In this document: positions 10,723 to 19,577 of the stretch, in pieces | Numbering within the stretch: position 1 is the stretch's first letter | Layout of the letters: each line of letters starts with the position of its first letter | Assembly: GCA_902563505.1 (NCBI GenBank) | Contig: CACEXK010000002.1 | Location: 2,438 to 66,437 of the forward strand | From: an uncultured Alphaproteobacteria bacterium | GTDB taxonomy: Bacteria; Pseudomonadota; Alphaproteobacteria; Methylaequorales; Methylaequoraceae | Length of the DNA: 64,000 nucleotides | Reading direction: 5' to 3' | Program-made: the position numbers and the translations under genes | The notes under the pieces: model-generated | What the model was told of the DNA's origin: nothing | The model's input: the letters and a program-made list of their open reading frames with translations, nothing else | Databases searched by the model: none

Positions 10723-11692
10723 AATCTTGCTTACAAGAAAATTGCCAGAAAAGATAGAAAAAAAATTACAAAAGAACTATACAATAGTCCAGAACAAAAC
10801 TGACAAAAGATACTCTTATAAAGATTTAAAAAAAAAGATTCAAGAAGTTGATATTCTGGTTCCTTGCATTACTGATACAATTGATGCTTCAATTATTAAA
10901 GCAGGGAAGAAGTTAAAGCTAATAGCAAATTTTGGAAATGGAGTTGATAACATAGATTTGATTACAGCCGAGGATAGGAAAGTTCAAGTTACTAATACCC
11001 CTGATGTATTAACTGATGACACAGCTGATTTAGTTCTAACTATGACGCTAATAATTAGTAGAAAGATTTTATTAGCACAGCAAAAACTGAAAAATGGCAG
11101 TTGGAAGGGCTGGGGTCCAAATGAGACATTGGGTGAGAGAATTAAAGGAAAGAAACTTGGTATAATTGGAATGGGCAGAATTGGATCAGCAGTAGCAAAA
11201 AGAATGAAAATGTTGGGAATGAAAATCAAGTATCATAATAGAAAAAGGGTCAGCAAAAAGATTGAAAGTGAATACGATGCAAAATATTATAGAAACTTGG
11301 AAGAAATGTTGGCTTGCTCAGATGTGATTACTATTCACTGTCCATTTACGCCAGAAACATTTCACTTACTATCTAAGAAACGTCTAAAATTTTTAAAGAA
11401 AAATTGTATCGTTATAAATACATCTAGGGGAGAAATTGTAGATGAAGAAGCCTTAGCAAATATTTTATTTGAAAAGAAGATTGGCGGAGCAGGTTTAGAT
11501 GTTTTTGAGCACGAACCCCAAGTAACAATGAAACTTCTTGAATGTGATAATGTGGTGTTGCTCCCACACATAAGTTCAGCTACCAAGGAAAGTAGAATTG
11601 CTATGGGTGAGAGAGTGATTAGAAATATTGAAAATTTTGTAAAGGGTAAGCTACCTCCCGATAGAGTTAAGTATAGAAATTATAAGCATTAA
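10694..11692 (+). CDS. D-2-hydroxyacid dehydrogenase (glyoxylate/hydroxypyruvate reductase type)
   Basis: VTNTPDVLTDDTADL, GIIGMGRIG, INTSRG, GLDVFEHEP, LPHISSAT. Confidence 0.92.
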   Translation: MKKNDFKKSIILLTRKLPEKIEKKLQKNYTIVQNKTDKRYSYKDLKKKIQEVDILVPCITDTIDASIIKAGKKLKLIANFGNGVDNIDLITAEDRKVQVTNTPDVLTDDTADLVLTMTLIISRKILLAQQKLKNGSWKGWGPNETLGERIKGKKLGIIGMGRIGSAVAKRMKMLGMKIKYHNRKRVSKKIESEYDAKYYRNLEEMLACSDVITIHCPFTPETFHLLSKKRLKFLKKNCIVINTSRGEIVDEEALANILFEKKIGGAGLDVFEHEPQVTMKLLECDNVVLLPHISSATKESRIAMGERVIRNIENFVKGKLPPDRVKYRNYKH

Positions 11693-12447
11693 TCTTTGCA
11701 AATTTTACAGGTTGGATTTTTTACTATTCTTATTTTTCTGAAATTCCTGTTAAAACAGTCGAATGAGAGAAATTCCCTGAAAATTTCATTTTTAGTTCCT
11801 AAAATAATATTGATAGTTAAAATTGCCTGAAGCACGCCACCTAACCCTGCAATTGGTGCAACGATTCCCATTTCATCACAATTTAATTGATGATTGGTGT
11901 TTGTGTTTGGGAAAATACATTCGTAGCAGGGATTTTTTTTACCTTTCCAAGGTGAAAGAGCAAAAGCTTGAACATCAAAACTTTGAATAGCCGCAGAAAC
12001 TAAAATTTTTTTATTATTTATGCAGAATTTATTTATTAAATACCTAGATTTAAAATTATCAGTGCAGTCAAGGATGATATTATGGTTTTGCAGTAATTTT
12101 TTAATATTATTTTTTTGAATTTTAGCATTTACAATTTCAAGCGTAGCATGAGGATTTATTTTTTTAAGATTTTTTAAAATAGAAACTGTTTTTTTATTAC
12201 CAATATCTTCCTCAAATAATAATGTTTGTCTATTCAAATTACTTAGCTCAACTTTGTCAGAATCAATGATCTTTATTTTACCTACACCTGCCATAGTTAA
12301 GTATTGAGCAGCAGAGGTTCCAAGACCTCCACAACCAATTAAAAGAATAGATGAATTTTTTATTTTTTCTTGACCTTTAATCCCAATTTTTTCAATCAAA
12401 ATCTGTCTGGAATATTTCTCAATTTCTCTATCACTTAGTTTAATCAT
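11689..12447 (-). CDS. moeB: MoeB/ThiF/HesA family adenylyltransferase
   Basis: YSRQI, IGCGGLG, DKVELSNLNRQ, DCTDNF, PCYEC and C-terminal CKIC; no fused rhodanese. Confidence 0.85.
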   Translation of the reverse strand: MIKLSDREIEKYSRQILIEKIGIKGQEKIKNSSILLIGCGGLGTSAAQYLTMAGVGKIKIIDSDKVELSNLNRQTLLFEEDIGNKKTVSILKNLKKINPHATLEIVNAKIQKNNIKKLLQNHNIILDCTDNFKSRYLINKFCINNKKILVSAAIQSFDVQAFALSPWKGKKNPCYECIFPNTNTNHQLNCDEMGIVAPIAGLGGVLQAILTINIILGTKNEIFREFLSFDCFNRNFRKIRIVKNPTCKICKD

Positions 12448-12449
12448 TC

Positions 12450-13400
12450 TTAAATATCGTTAAAAAGGTCAGTTGACAAATATCTTTCGGCGAAGGATGG
12501 AATAATTATTATGGTATTTTTATCTTTCATACCAGTACTTTCATGAATTTCAACGGCAGCTGCTAATACAGCTCCTGAAGAAATACCTCCAGTAATGCCC
12601 TCATATTTTGCAAGGATTCTAGAATAATTGAAAGCCGACGAATTACTTATGGAAATAGTTTTATCAATTATTTTTGTATCAAGAGTCTTGGGAATAAAAC
12701 CGGCTCCTATTCCTTGAATGGAATGAGAACCCGCATCACATCCACTTATTACTGCTGAATCTTCTGGTTCAACGGCAAAAATTTTTACTTCTTTTTTCTT
12801 TTTCTTCAAAAAATTTCCAACTCCAGTAATCGTTCCGCCAGTACCTACGCCTGCCATAAAGTTATCAATTTCACCTTTACAATCATCCCAAATTTCTTTG
12901 GCTGTTGTTCTAAAATGAATCTCAGGGTTAGACTGATTTTGAAATTGATTTAATATAATGCTATTAGGTGTTTTTTTTTTCAATTCTTCTGCTTTTTTAA
13001 TTGCTCCTCCCATTCCTAATTCCTTGGGTGTTGATACTATCTGGGCACCTAGGAAAAGAAGCATTTTTTTTCTCTCAAGGGACATGCTATCAGGCATTGT
13101 TAGTAATAATTTATAACCTCTTGCCGCGCAAATAAAAGCTAAGGCTATACCAGTATTTCCGGAAGTTGGTTCAATAATTATTGTGTTAGAATTAATTTTT
13201 TTTTTTTTTTCCGCAGTATTAATCATTGCAAGACCAATTCTGTCTTTAACAGAACCAAGGGGATTAAAAAACTCCAATTTAGCAATTATATTGCCATGAA
13301 GGTGAAATTGTTTTTTAATATTATTAAGTCTTACCAAAGGAGTATTTCCTACAGTCTCGTCAATAGAATTAAAAATTTTACTCCTTGTGTTAGATGACAA
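12450..13400 (-). CDS. cysK: cysteine synthase A (O-acetylserine sulfhydrylase)
   Basis: KLEFFNPLGSVKDRI, EPTSGNTG, GTGGT, IQGIGAGF, ERYLST. Confidence 0.96.
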   Translation of the reverse strand: MSSNTRSKIFNSIDETVGNTPLVRLNNIKKQFHLHGNIIAKLEFFNPLGSVKDRIGLAMINTAEKKKKINSNTIIIEPTSGNTGIALAFICAARGYKLLLTMPDSMSLERKKMLLFLGAQIVSTPKELGMGGAIKKAEELKKKTPNSIILNQFQNQSNPEIHFRTTAKEIWDDCKGEIDNFMAGVGTGGTITGVGNFLKKKKKEVKIFAVEPEDSAVISGCDAGSHSIQGIGAGFIPKTLDTKIIDKTISISNSSAFNYSRILAKYEGITGGISSGAVLAAAVEIHESTGMKDKNTIIIIPSFAERYLSTDLFNDI

Positions 13401-13830
13401 AATCTACCTTCTTGTCAGGATGCTTTTGTAATTTTTTCTCTTTAGCTATTTTACATATCTCTTCGACGGAAATTTCATCAAGAAATTTAAAACATTTATC
13501 TGATATGTTGTTAATCATAGGCCCTATGACTTTCCTTGCTAATTCTGATTTGCAAATTTCTTTTGACTCATCATCTGAAACTGTTTTTATTATTTCAGAT
13601 ATTTTAATTTTTCTTCTTTCCCTTGCCAATCGATACCCTCCCTTTGGCCCCCTTGACCCAACAAGAATATTTTTCTTAACAAGAATTTGAAGAGTTTGTT
13701 CCAAATATCTTTTTGGAATTCTTTGTCTTTTAGCAATAGATATATTCTGGACTGGTTGAAGACCAGAGTTTAATGCAATATCTACGACAGCCTCTATTGC
13801 ATAAATTATTCTTTTTTGAATTTTAAACAA
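13390..13830 (-). CDS. Rrf2 family transcriptional regulator (CymR-like)
   Basis: YAIEAVVDIA, RYLEQ.LQ.L, GSRGPKGGYRLAR; TTG start with AGGAG SD; directly upstream of cysK. Confidence 0.9.
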   Translation of the reverse strand: MFKIQKRIIYAIEAVVDIALNSGLQPVQNISIAKRQRIPKRYLEQTLQILVKKNILVGSRGPKGGYRLARERRKIKISEIIKTVSDDESKEICKSELARKVIGPMINNISDKCFKFLDEISVEEICKIAKEKKLQKHPDKKVDFVI

Positions 13831-13844
13831 TTAACTCTCCTAAA

Positions 13845-14288
13845 TTAGGCTCCTGTTGAACCGAATCCACCTGTATTTCTTTTTGTTGACTTTAGTTTTT
13901 TTACCTCCTCCAACTTAACTTTAGGTAATTCTGCAAAAATAATTTGAGCAATTCTCATTCCTCTAGATATTTTAAATTTTTTAGTACCATGATTGATTAA
14001 TATTACTCCAATTTCCCCTCTGTAATCAGCATCAATTGTTCCAGGAGAATTTAATACAGTCACTGAATTTTTAAGAGCAATACCTGACCTTGGTCTTACT
14101 TGTGCCTCATAGTTCTTAGGCATTTCAATAGAAAATCCACAAGGTATTAAAACAGTTTGATTTTTTTTGAGTATTTGATCTTCAGATACTGCCGCAACTA
14201 AATCAAATCCAGCGCTGTCTTTTGTTGCTTTTTGAAGGTTATACAGTCCTTTTCCGTTTTCCAATACTTTAAATAAAATTTTAGCCAT
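13845..14288 (-). CDS. dut: dUTP diphosphatase
   Basis: AGFDL, QVRPRSG, NSPGTIDADYRGEI, RIAQ, GGFGSTG. Confidence 0.97.
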   Translation of the reverse strand: MAKILFKVLENGKGLYNLQKATKDSAGFDLVAAVSEDQILKKNQTVLIPCGFSIEMPKNYEAQVRPRSGIALKNSVTVLNSPGTIDADYRGEIGVILINHGTKKFKISRGMRIAQIIFAELPKVKLEEVKKLKSTKRNTGGFGSTGA

Positions 14289-14291
14289 ATT

Positions 14292-15494
14292 CTATAATCT
14301 ATTATTTTTAAAAAAAGAAACAATTTTTTTTGCAAGTTTTAGTGCAACTAGATTTTTTTTCATTTTTGGCCAAGATTCAACTTTGTTTTTATCTAGATAG
14401 AAAACTTGATTTTTTTCTGACATAAAACCTACACCATCTTGTATTTTATTGGCAATTATCCAATCACAGCCCTTATTTTTTAACTTTTTTTTTGAATTTT
14501 TAATAAGATCGTTAGTTTCTGCAGAGAACCCAATAACTAATTTAGGCCTTTTATTTGACTTTGAAATATCACTAAGAACATCTTCATTAATTGAAAATTT
14601 TATGTTAGGTACCCCATTTATTTTTTTTATTTTCTTTTTACTGATTTTCTTAGATTTCCAATCAGAAATTGCTGCAACAGATATAAAAACATCTGCTGGG
14701 AGCTGTGCAATTGAACTTTTAAGAAATTCTTCCCCAGATTCAACATTTATTAATTTTACATTTCTTGGCGGTTCTAAATTTGTTGGCCCACTAATTAGAG
14801 TTGTCTTAGCACCAAAATTTGATAATATTTTTGCTATTTCATAACCCTGAATACCTGAAGAAAAATTGCTTATATATCTTATGGGATCAATTTTTTCTAT
14901 GGACGGCCCTGTTGTAATTAAGACCTTAATTCCTAAAAGTTTTTGCTCAAAAAATGTTGTTGAGACCTCATCGATAATTAAATCAACATCCATAAGTTTT
15001 CCTCTACCCTTTGAGCCACAAGCTAATTTACCAGATTTTGGATTAAGTATAAAAAAACCAATTTTCTCTACATATTTAATATTTTTTCTGACAACTTTGT
15101 TATTCCACATGGATGTGTTCATTGCTGGAGCAATAAATTTTTTCGCATCTGAAGCTAAAATAATATTTGTTGCAAGATCGTCAGCAATACCATTAGCTAT
15201 TTTTGCAAGAAAATTAGCAGTACAAGGAACAATTAATATAGCATCACATTTATTTGCTAACTTAATATGACTCATATTTTTTTCTTCATCCAACGAAAAT
15301 AAATTTAAGTGTACTTTTTTACCAAGCAGACTTTCAAATGATAAAACATTCACAAACTCGCCTGCATTTTTTGTAAGGACGCAATCTACACTTACATCTT
15401 TCTCAATTAATTTTCTTATTACATCAAGGGCTTTGTAACAAGCAATTCCGCCAGTCACTATTACTAAGATTTTTTTCCCCTTTAATACATTCAT
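14292..15494 (-). CDS. coaBC: phosphopantothenoylcysteine decarboxylase / phosphopantothenate-cysteine ligase
   Basis: TGGIACYK, APAMNTSMW, LACG..G.G, IDPIRYISNFSSG.QG, GFSAET. Confidence 0.96.
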   Translation of the reverse strand: MNVLKGKKILVIVTGGIACYKALDVIRKLIEKDVSVDCVLTKNAGEFVNVLSFESLLGKKVHLNLFSLDEEKNMSHIKLANKCDAILIVPCTANFLAKIANGIADDLATNIILASDAKKFIAPAMNTSMWNNKVVRKNIKYVEKIGFFILNPKSGKLACGSKGRGKLMDVDLIIDEVSTTFFEQKLLGIKVLITTGPSIEKIDPIRYISNFSSGIQGYEIAKILSNFGAKTTLISGPTNLEPPRNVKLINVESGEEFLKSSIAQLPADVFISVAAISDWKSKKISKKKIKKINGVPNIKFSINEDVLSDISKSNKRPKLVIGFSAETNDLIKNSKKKLKNKGCDWIIANKIQDGVGFMSEKNQVFYLDKNKVESWPKMKKNLVALKLAKKIVSFFKNNRL

Positions 15495-16213
15495 TTTTTT
15501 TCCGATATGTGAATCGATGCAAGCCCCCCCATTATATCAATCACTTCGATTCTTTCAAAACCAGCCTTTTTAAGTTTTTTTGTAAGTTGTATTTGATTAG
15601 GGAAATTTCTTATGCTCTGAATAAGATATTCATATGCAACCTCATTATCTGAAAAAAATTTCCCGTATTTTGGTATAATTTTTGAGTAAAGAAAAAAAAT
15701 TTTCCTAAGCATAACATTATTTATTTCACTAAATTCCATGCAAAAAAATTTCCCATTTTTTCTTAAAATTCTGTGAACTTCATTAAGAGATCTTTCTATA
15801 TCAGTAAAATTTCTGAGTCCAAAACTAACCATAACATGGTCAAAGAAATTTTTTTTAAATGGTAACGATTCTGCATTCCCATTGATATATTTTATTTTGA
15901 AATCTTGAAGTTTAGTTTTTGCTTGATTGATCATTTCAAGATTTGAGTCAAAAACTATACAATCACAACTAAATTTTTTTTTAACTATTTTCGTCAAGTC
16001 TCCTGACCCAGATGCTAAATCTAATATAATGGAATCATTATTAATATCCATAATATCAATTAACTTTTCTTTCCATGTTCTATGTAAGCCAAGACTCATC
16101 AAATCATTCATAAAGTCATATTGTTTTGAAACATTTGAAAAGATTTGACTAATAAAATTTTCTTTTTTATTTTTATCAAAAGTTTTAATATTTTTTAGAA
16201 AATTATTTTCCAT
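15491..16213 (-). CDS. ubiE: ubiquinone/menaquinone biosynthesis C-methyltransferase
   Basis: YDFMNDLMSLGLHRTWK, LDLASGSGD, SFGLRN, YEYLIQSI..FP. Confidence 0.95.
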   Translation of the reverse strand: MENNFLKNIKTFDKNKKENFISQIFSNVSKQYDFMNDLMSLGLHRTWKEKLIDIMDINNDSIILDLASGSGDLTKIVKKKFSCDCIVFDSNLEMINQAKTKLQDFKIKYINGNAESLPFKKNFFDHVMVSFGLRNFTDIERSLNEVHRILRKNGKFFCMEFSEINNVMLRKIFFLYSKIIPKYGKFFSDNEVAYEYLIQSIRNFPNQIQLTKKLKKAGFERIEVIDIMGGLASIHISEKK

Positions 16214-17030
16214 GCCTGAATTACCTGAGGTTGAAACTGTAAGAGTTTTTTTAGACTCCCATATGACTGGTCAAAAAGCTAACAAAATTAATATTATAAA
16301 TAATAAGCTCCGTTATAAAATTCCAAATAATCTTAATCAAAGGCTAAGTAATACAATATTAACAAAAATTAATAGAAGGGGAAAATACTTAATACTGGAA
16401 TATGAAAATAATTTATTTTTGTTACTTCATCTTGGAATGACTGGTTATTTTAGATTTTCTAAAATTTATAATTTCAAAAAACATGATCACTTATATTTTA
16501 AATTTGATGATTTTTATATTATTTTCAATGATATTAGAAAATTTGGTTATTTTAAACTTTATGAACATAAAGAATTTGTTAATTGTAAACACTTAAAAAA
16601 CATGGGTCCAGAACCACTAAAAAAAGAATTTGATTTTAATTATTTTTTAAAAAGTTCAAAAAGAGATACGAAAATAAAAAATTTGTTAATGAACCAAAAT
16701 TTTGTAGCAGGTCTTGGTAACATTTATTGCTCAGAGATATTATTCAAGGCTTCGGTGAGTCCTCAAAGAAATTCCAAATCATTAAAAAAAGATGAAATAT
16801 TGAATATTATAAATTCAACAAAAAAAATTTTAAAAAAGTCGATAAAGTTAGGGGGTACTACAATAAAAAACTTTATTGTTTCTGACCTAAAAATTGGATA
16901 TTTTAAAAATGAGTTGAATGTATACGGAAGAGATAATATGACATGTAAAAGATGCAAAAATCTTTGTCATATAAAAAAAATTGTTCAAAATGGAAGGTCA
17001 ACTTTTTTTTGTTCAAACTGTCAATTTTAA
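16212..17030 (+). CDS. mutM: formamidopyrimidine-DNA glycosylase
   Basis: N-terminal MPELPEVETV, RRGKY, HLGMTG, AGLGNIY, C-terminal C4 zinc finger. Confidence 0.97.
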   Translation: MPELPEVETVRVFLDSHMTGQKANKINIINNKLRYKIPNNLNQRLSNTILTKINRRGKYLILEYENNLFLLLHLGMTGYFRFSKIYNFKKHDHLYFKFDDFYIIFNDIRKFGYFKLYEHKEFVNCKHLKNMGPEPLKKEFDFNYFLKSSKRDTKIKNLLMNQNFVAGLGNIYCSEILFKASVSPQRNSKSLKKDEILNIINSTKKILKKSIKLGGTTIKNFIVSDLKIGYFKNELNVYGRDNMTCKRCKNLCHIKKIVQNGRSTFFCSNCQF

Positions 17031-17031
17031 A

Positions 17032-17376
17032 ATGAGAATATTATTAATTTTTTTTGCCCTATGCCTTCAAACTAAAGTGTATGCTCAAGAAATATTTATA
17101 GAAGGTTTAGGAGATATTCCAATTTATAAAGAGATGGACTATGTTGAAGATTCTCTCATTTTATTTGATAAAGTAGATGGTAGATATGTTTCGACAAAAA
17201 CTAAAGGGAAATACTCAAAAAAAGAAGTAAAAGAATTTTATTTTAAAACTCTCCCAAATTTAGGATGGAAGATCCAAAAAAAAAATTTTTTCGATCGCGA
17301 TGGAGAAAGACTTGAAATAAAATTCTATGATGAAGAAGATGAAACAATTGTACTTTTCAAAATTTTTCCTAAATAA
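17032..17376 (+). CDS. exported hypothetical protein
   Basis: signal-peptide-like MRILLIFFALCLQTKVYA from ATG 17032, 1 nt after the mutM stop; globular mature part (FY..TLP.LGW). Confidence 0.7.
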   Translation: MRILLIFFALCLQTKVYAQEIFIEGLGDIPIYKEMDYVEDSLILFDKVDGRYVSTKTKGKYSKKEVKEFYFKTLPNLGWKIQKKNFFDRDGERLEIKFYDEEDETIVLFKIFPK

Positions 17377-17390
17377 CTAACAAATTATTC

Positions 17391-17419
17391 TTGACCATTG
17401 CCAAATTCAAAAGTATAAA
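17391..17419 (+). promoter_or_regulatory. putative sigma70 promoter of rpsT
   Basis: TTGACC-17 nt-TATAAA ending 10 nt before the rpsT ATG. Confidence 0.6.
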
Positions 17420-17429
17420 CCCTTAGATT

Positions 17430-17696
17430 ATGGCTAATATTAAATCTGCAAAAAAAAGAATAATTCAAACCATCAAACGGTCTGAAATTAATAAAAATAG
17501 AAGATCTCAAATAAGAAGTGGGATAAAAAACCTAATTAGTCTAATAGATTTAAAAAAAAAAGAAGAATCTCAAAAAAAAATTCACAATTTGGAATCTGAC
17601 TTATTCAAGGCGGTATCAAGGGGTGTTTATAAGAAAAATACAGCCTCTCGAATTATTTCAAGGCTATCGCAGAAATTAAAGAAGCTGAGTCAATAA
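17430..17696 (+). CDS. rpsT: 30S ribosomal protein S20
   Basis: MANIKSAKKRI...N...RS......KNTASR..SRL. Confidence 0.97.
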   Translation: MANIKSAKKRIIQTIKRSEINKNRRSQIRSGIKNLISLIDLKKKEESQKKIHNLESDLFKAVSRGVYKKNTASRIISRLSQKLKKLSQ

Positions 17697-17768
17697 ACTT
17701 TTTTTTAGTTTTTATTGATTCATTTGTTATATTAGATAAGCTAATTGTTTCATTTGTTGGAATTTATT

Positions 17769-18191
17769 ATGGACTTAGATTATGCAGGGGATCTCTCACC
17801 CGAAAAGAGCTGGGATATTCTTAAAAAAGAGGGTGATAGCTATTTAGTTGATTGCAGAACATCAGCAGAATGGGCATTTGTGGGTGTGCCAGATCTAGAG
17901 TCGTTAAAAAAAAAAGTAATATTTATAGAATGGCAAATCTTCCCAATAATGGAGAAAAATTCGAGATTCTTGCAGGAAATCTCTGAAAATATAACTGATA
18001 AAAACTCTAAAATAATTTTTCTTTGTAGATCTGGTGCAAGATCCAGGTCTGCAGCTGAATTCCTTACATCTCAGGGCTATTCAAATTGCTACAATTGTTC
18101 AGATGGTTTTGAAGGTTCTCACAATGAAATTGGTCATAGGGGTAAAATAAATGGTTGGAAACATTCAAACTTACCCTGGAAGCAAGGATGA
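17769..18191 (+). CDS. single-domain rhodanese-like sulfurtransferase
   Basis: LVDCRT.AEWAFVGVPDL, active loop CRSGARS, GFEG, GWK...LPWKQ; ATG 17769 preferred over TTG 17745. Confidence 0.9.
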   Translation: MDLDYAGDLSPEKSWDILKKEGDSYLVDCRTSAEWAFVGVPDLESLKKKVIFIEWQIFPIMEKNSRFLQEISENITDKNSKIIFLCRSGARSRSAAEFLTSQGYSNCYNCSDGFEGSHNEIGHRGKINGWKHSNLPWKQG

Positions 18192-18197
18192 AAATTA

Positions 18198-19574
18198 ATG
18201 ACAGATGACTTAAAGAAGAATCTTTCCGAGATTCAAGCTCAGTGGTTAACAGTAAGAGGAAGAATTAGGCAAAAAATTGGTGATGCACAGTTTGCCAGTT
18301 GGATAAAAATGCTTACTTTGGAGGATTATGAGGACAGAAAAGTGATTTTGAGTGCTCCAAGTAATTTTATAAGAACACGGATTATTGAACAATACTTGGA
18401 TATCATTAAAAGTTATTGGCTTGTTCAAAATCTAACAATAAATGATATCCAAATAATAGTATCAAAAAAGGTTAAAAATCTAGCTGTAGAGATAAAAACG
18501 AATGAAACAGAAAAATTTAAAGAACAAAATAATAAGGATGTATTTAGATCTATCAGTTCAGATTTAGATAGCAGATTCACATTTGGAAATTTTATAGTAG
18601 GTAAACCAAATGAATTGGCTTTTGCTGCTGCCAGAAGAGTTGCGGAGTCTAAAGATGTTCCCTTCAATCCACTTTTTTTGTATGGTGGAGTAGGTTTGGG
18701 TAAAACCCACCTTATGCATGCCATTGCTCATGAAATAAAAAAAAGAAATCCTTTAAGAAGAGTTATCTACATGTCTGCTGAAAAATTCATGTATCATTTT
18801 ATTAAGGCGCTGAGGTTTAAAAATACTGTTGCATTTAAAGAGCAGTTTAGAAATGTTGATGTTTTGATGATTGATGATGTGCAATTTATTTCTGGAAAGG
18901 ATTCAACCCAGGAAGAATTTTTTCATACTTTTAATGCATTAATTGATCAGAATAAACAGTTAATTATTTCAGCAGATAAATCACCTCAAGATCTTGAAGG
19001 TATCGAAGAAAGAATGAGGTCAAGATTAGGATGGGGGTTGGTAGCGGATATACATCCTTTAACATACGAATTAAGATTAGGAATTCTTCAAGCAAAAGAG
19101 GAGAAGCTTAGCTCAAGAATTTCATCAAATATTTTAGAATTTCTAGCACACAAAATTACAACTAATGTAAGAGAATTAGAGGGAGCATTGAATAGACTTT
19201 CAGCATTTTCATCTTTAGTTGGTAGAGAAATAAATCTTGATATGGTTCAAGATCTCCTAAAAGATCTTTTAAAATCTTCACAAAAAAAAGTTAATATTGA
19301 AGAAATTCAAAAGAAAGTTTCTCAACATTTCAATATAAAAATGTCTGATATGAGTTCTGCAAGAAGGTCTAGAACTATCGCAAGACCTAGGCAAGTTGCG
19401 ATGTATCTCTCAAAAAACTTGACCTCTAGATCCTTACCAGAGATTGGCCGAAGATTTGGTAATAGGGACCATACAACTGTTATACATGCAGTAAGAAAAG
19501 TAGAAGAATTAAGGAATAAAGACGCAAGTTTTGATGAAGATGTTCAACTTCTAATAAGGATGTTAGAGTCATAA
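18198..19574 (+). CDS. dnaA: chromosomal replication initiator DnaA
   Basis: NPLFLYGGVGLGKTHL, IDDVQF, QEEFFHTFN, NVRELEGAL, RDHTTVIHA. Confidence 0.99.
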   Translation: MTDDLKKNLSEIQAQWLTVRGRIRQKIGDAQFASWIKMLTLEDYEDRKVILSAPSNFIRTRIIEQYLDIIKSYWLVQNLTINDIQIIVSKKVKNLAVEIKTNETEKFKEQNNKDVFRSISSDLDSRFTFGNFIVGKPNELAFAAARRVAESKDVPFNPLFLYGGVGLGKTHLMHAIAHEIKKRNPLRRVIYMSAEKFMYHFIKALRFKNTVAFKEQFRNVDVLMIDDVQFISGKDSTQEEFFHTFNALIDQNKQLIISADKSPQDLEGIEERMRSRLGWGLVADIHPLTYELRLGILQAKEEKLSSRISSNILEFLAHKITTNVRELEGALNRLSAFSSLVGREINLDMVQDLLKDLLKSSQKKVNIEEIQKKVSQHFNIKMSDMSSARRSRTIARPRQVAMYLSKNLTSRSLPEIGRRFGNRDHTTVIHAVRKVEELRNKDASFDEDVQLLIRMLES

Positions 19575-19577
19575 AAA

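Noticed and set aside
17697-18197. oriC next to dnaA
   Set aside because: No TTATCCACA-like box cluster seen in the 72-nt gap after rpsT, and dnaA-dnaN are 3 nt apart; alphaproteobacterial origins are often away from dnaA
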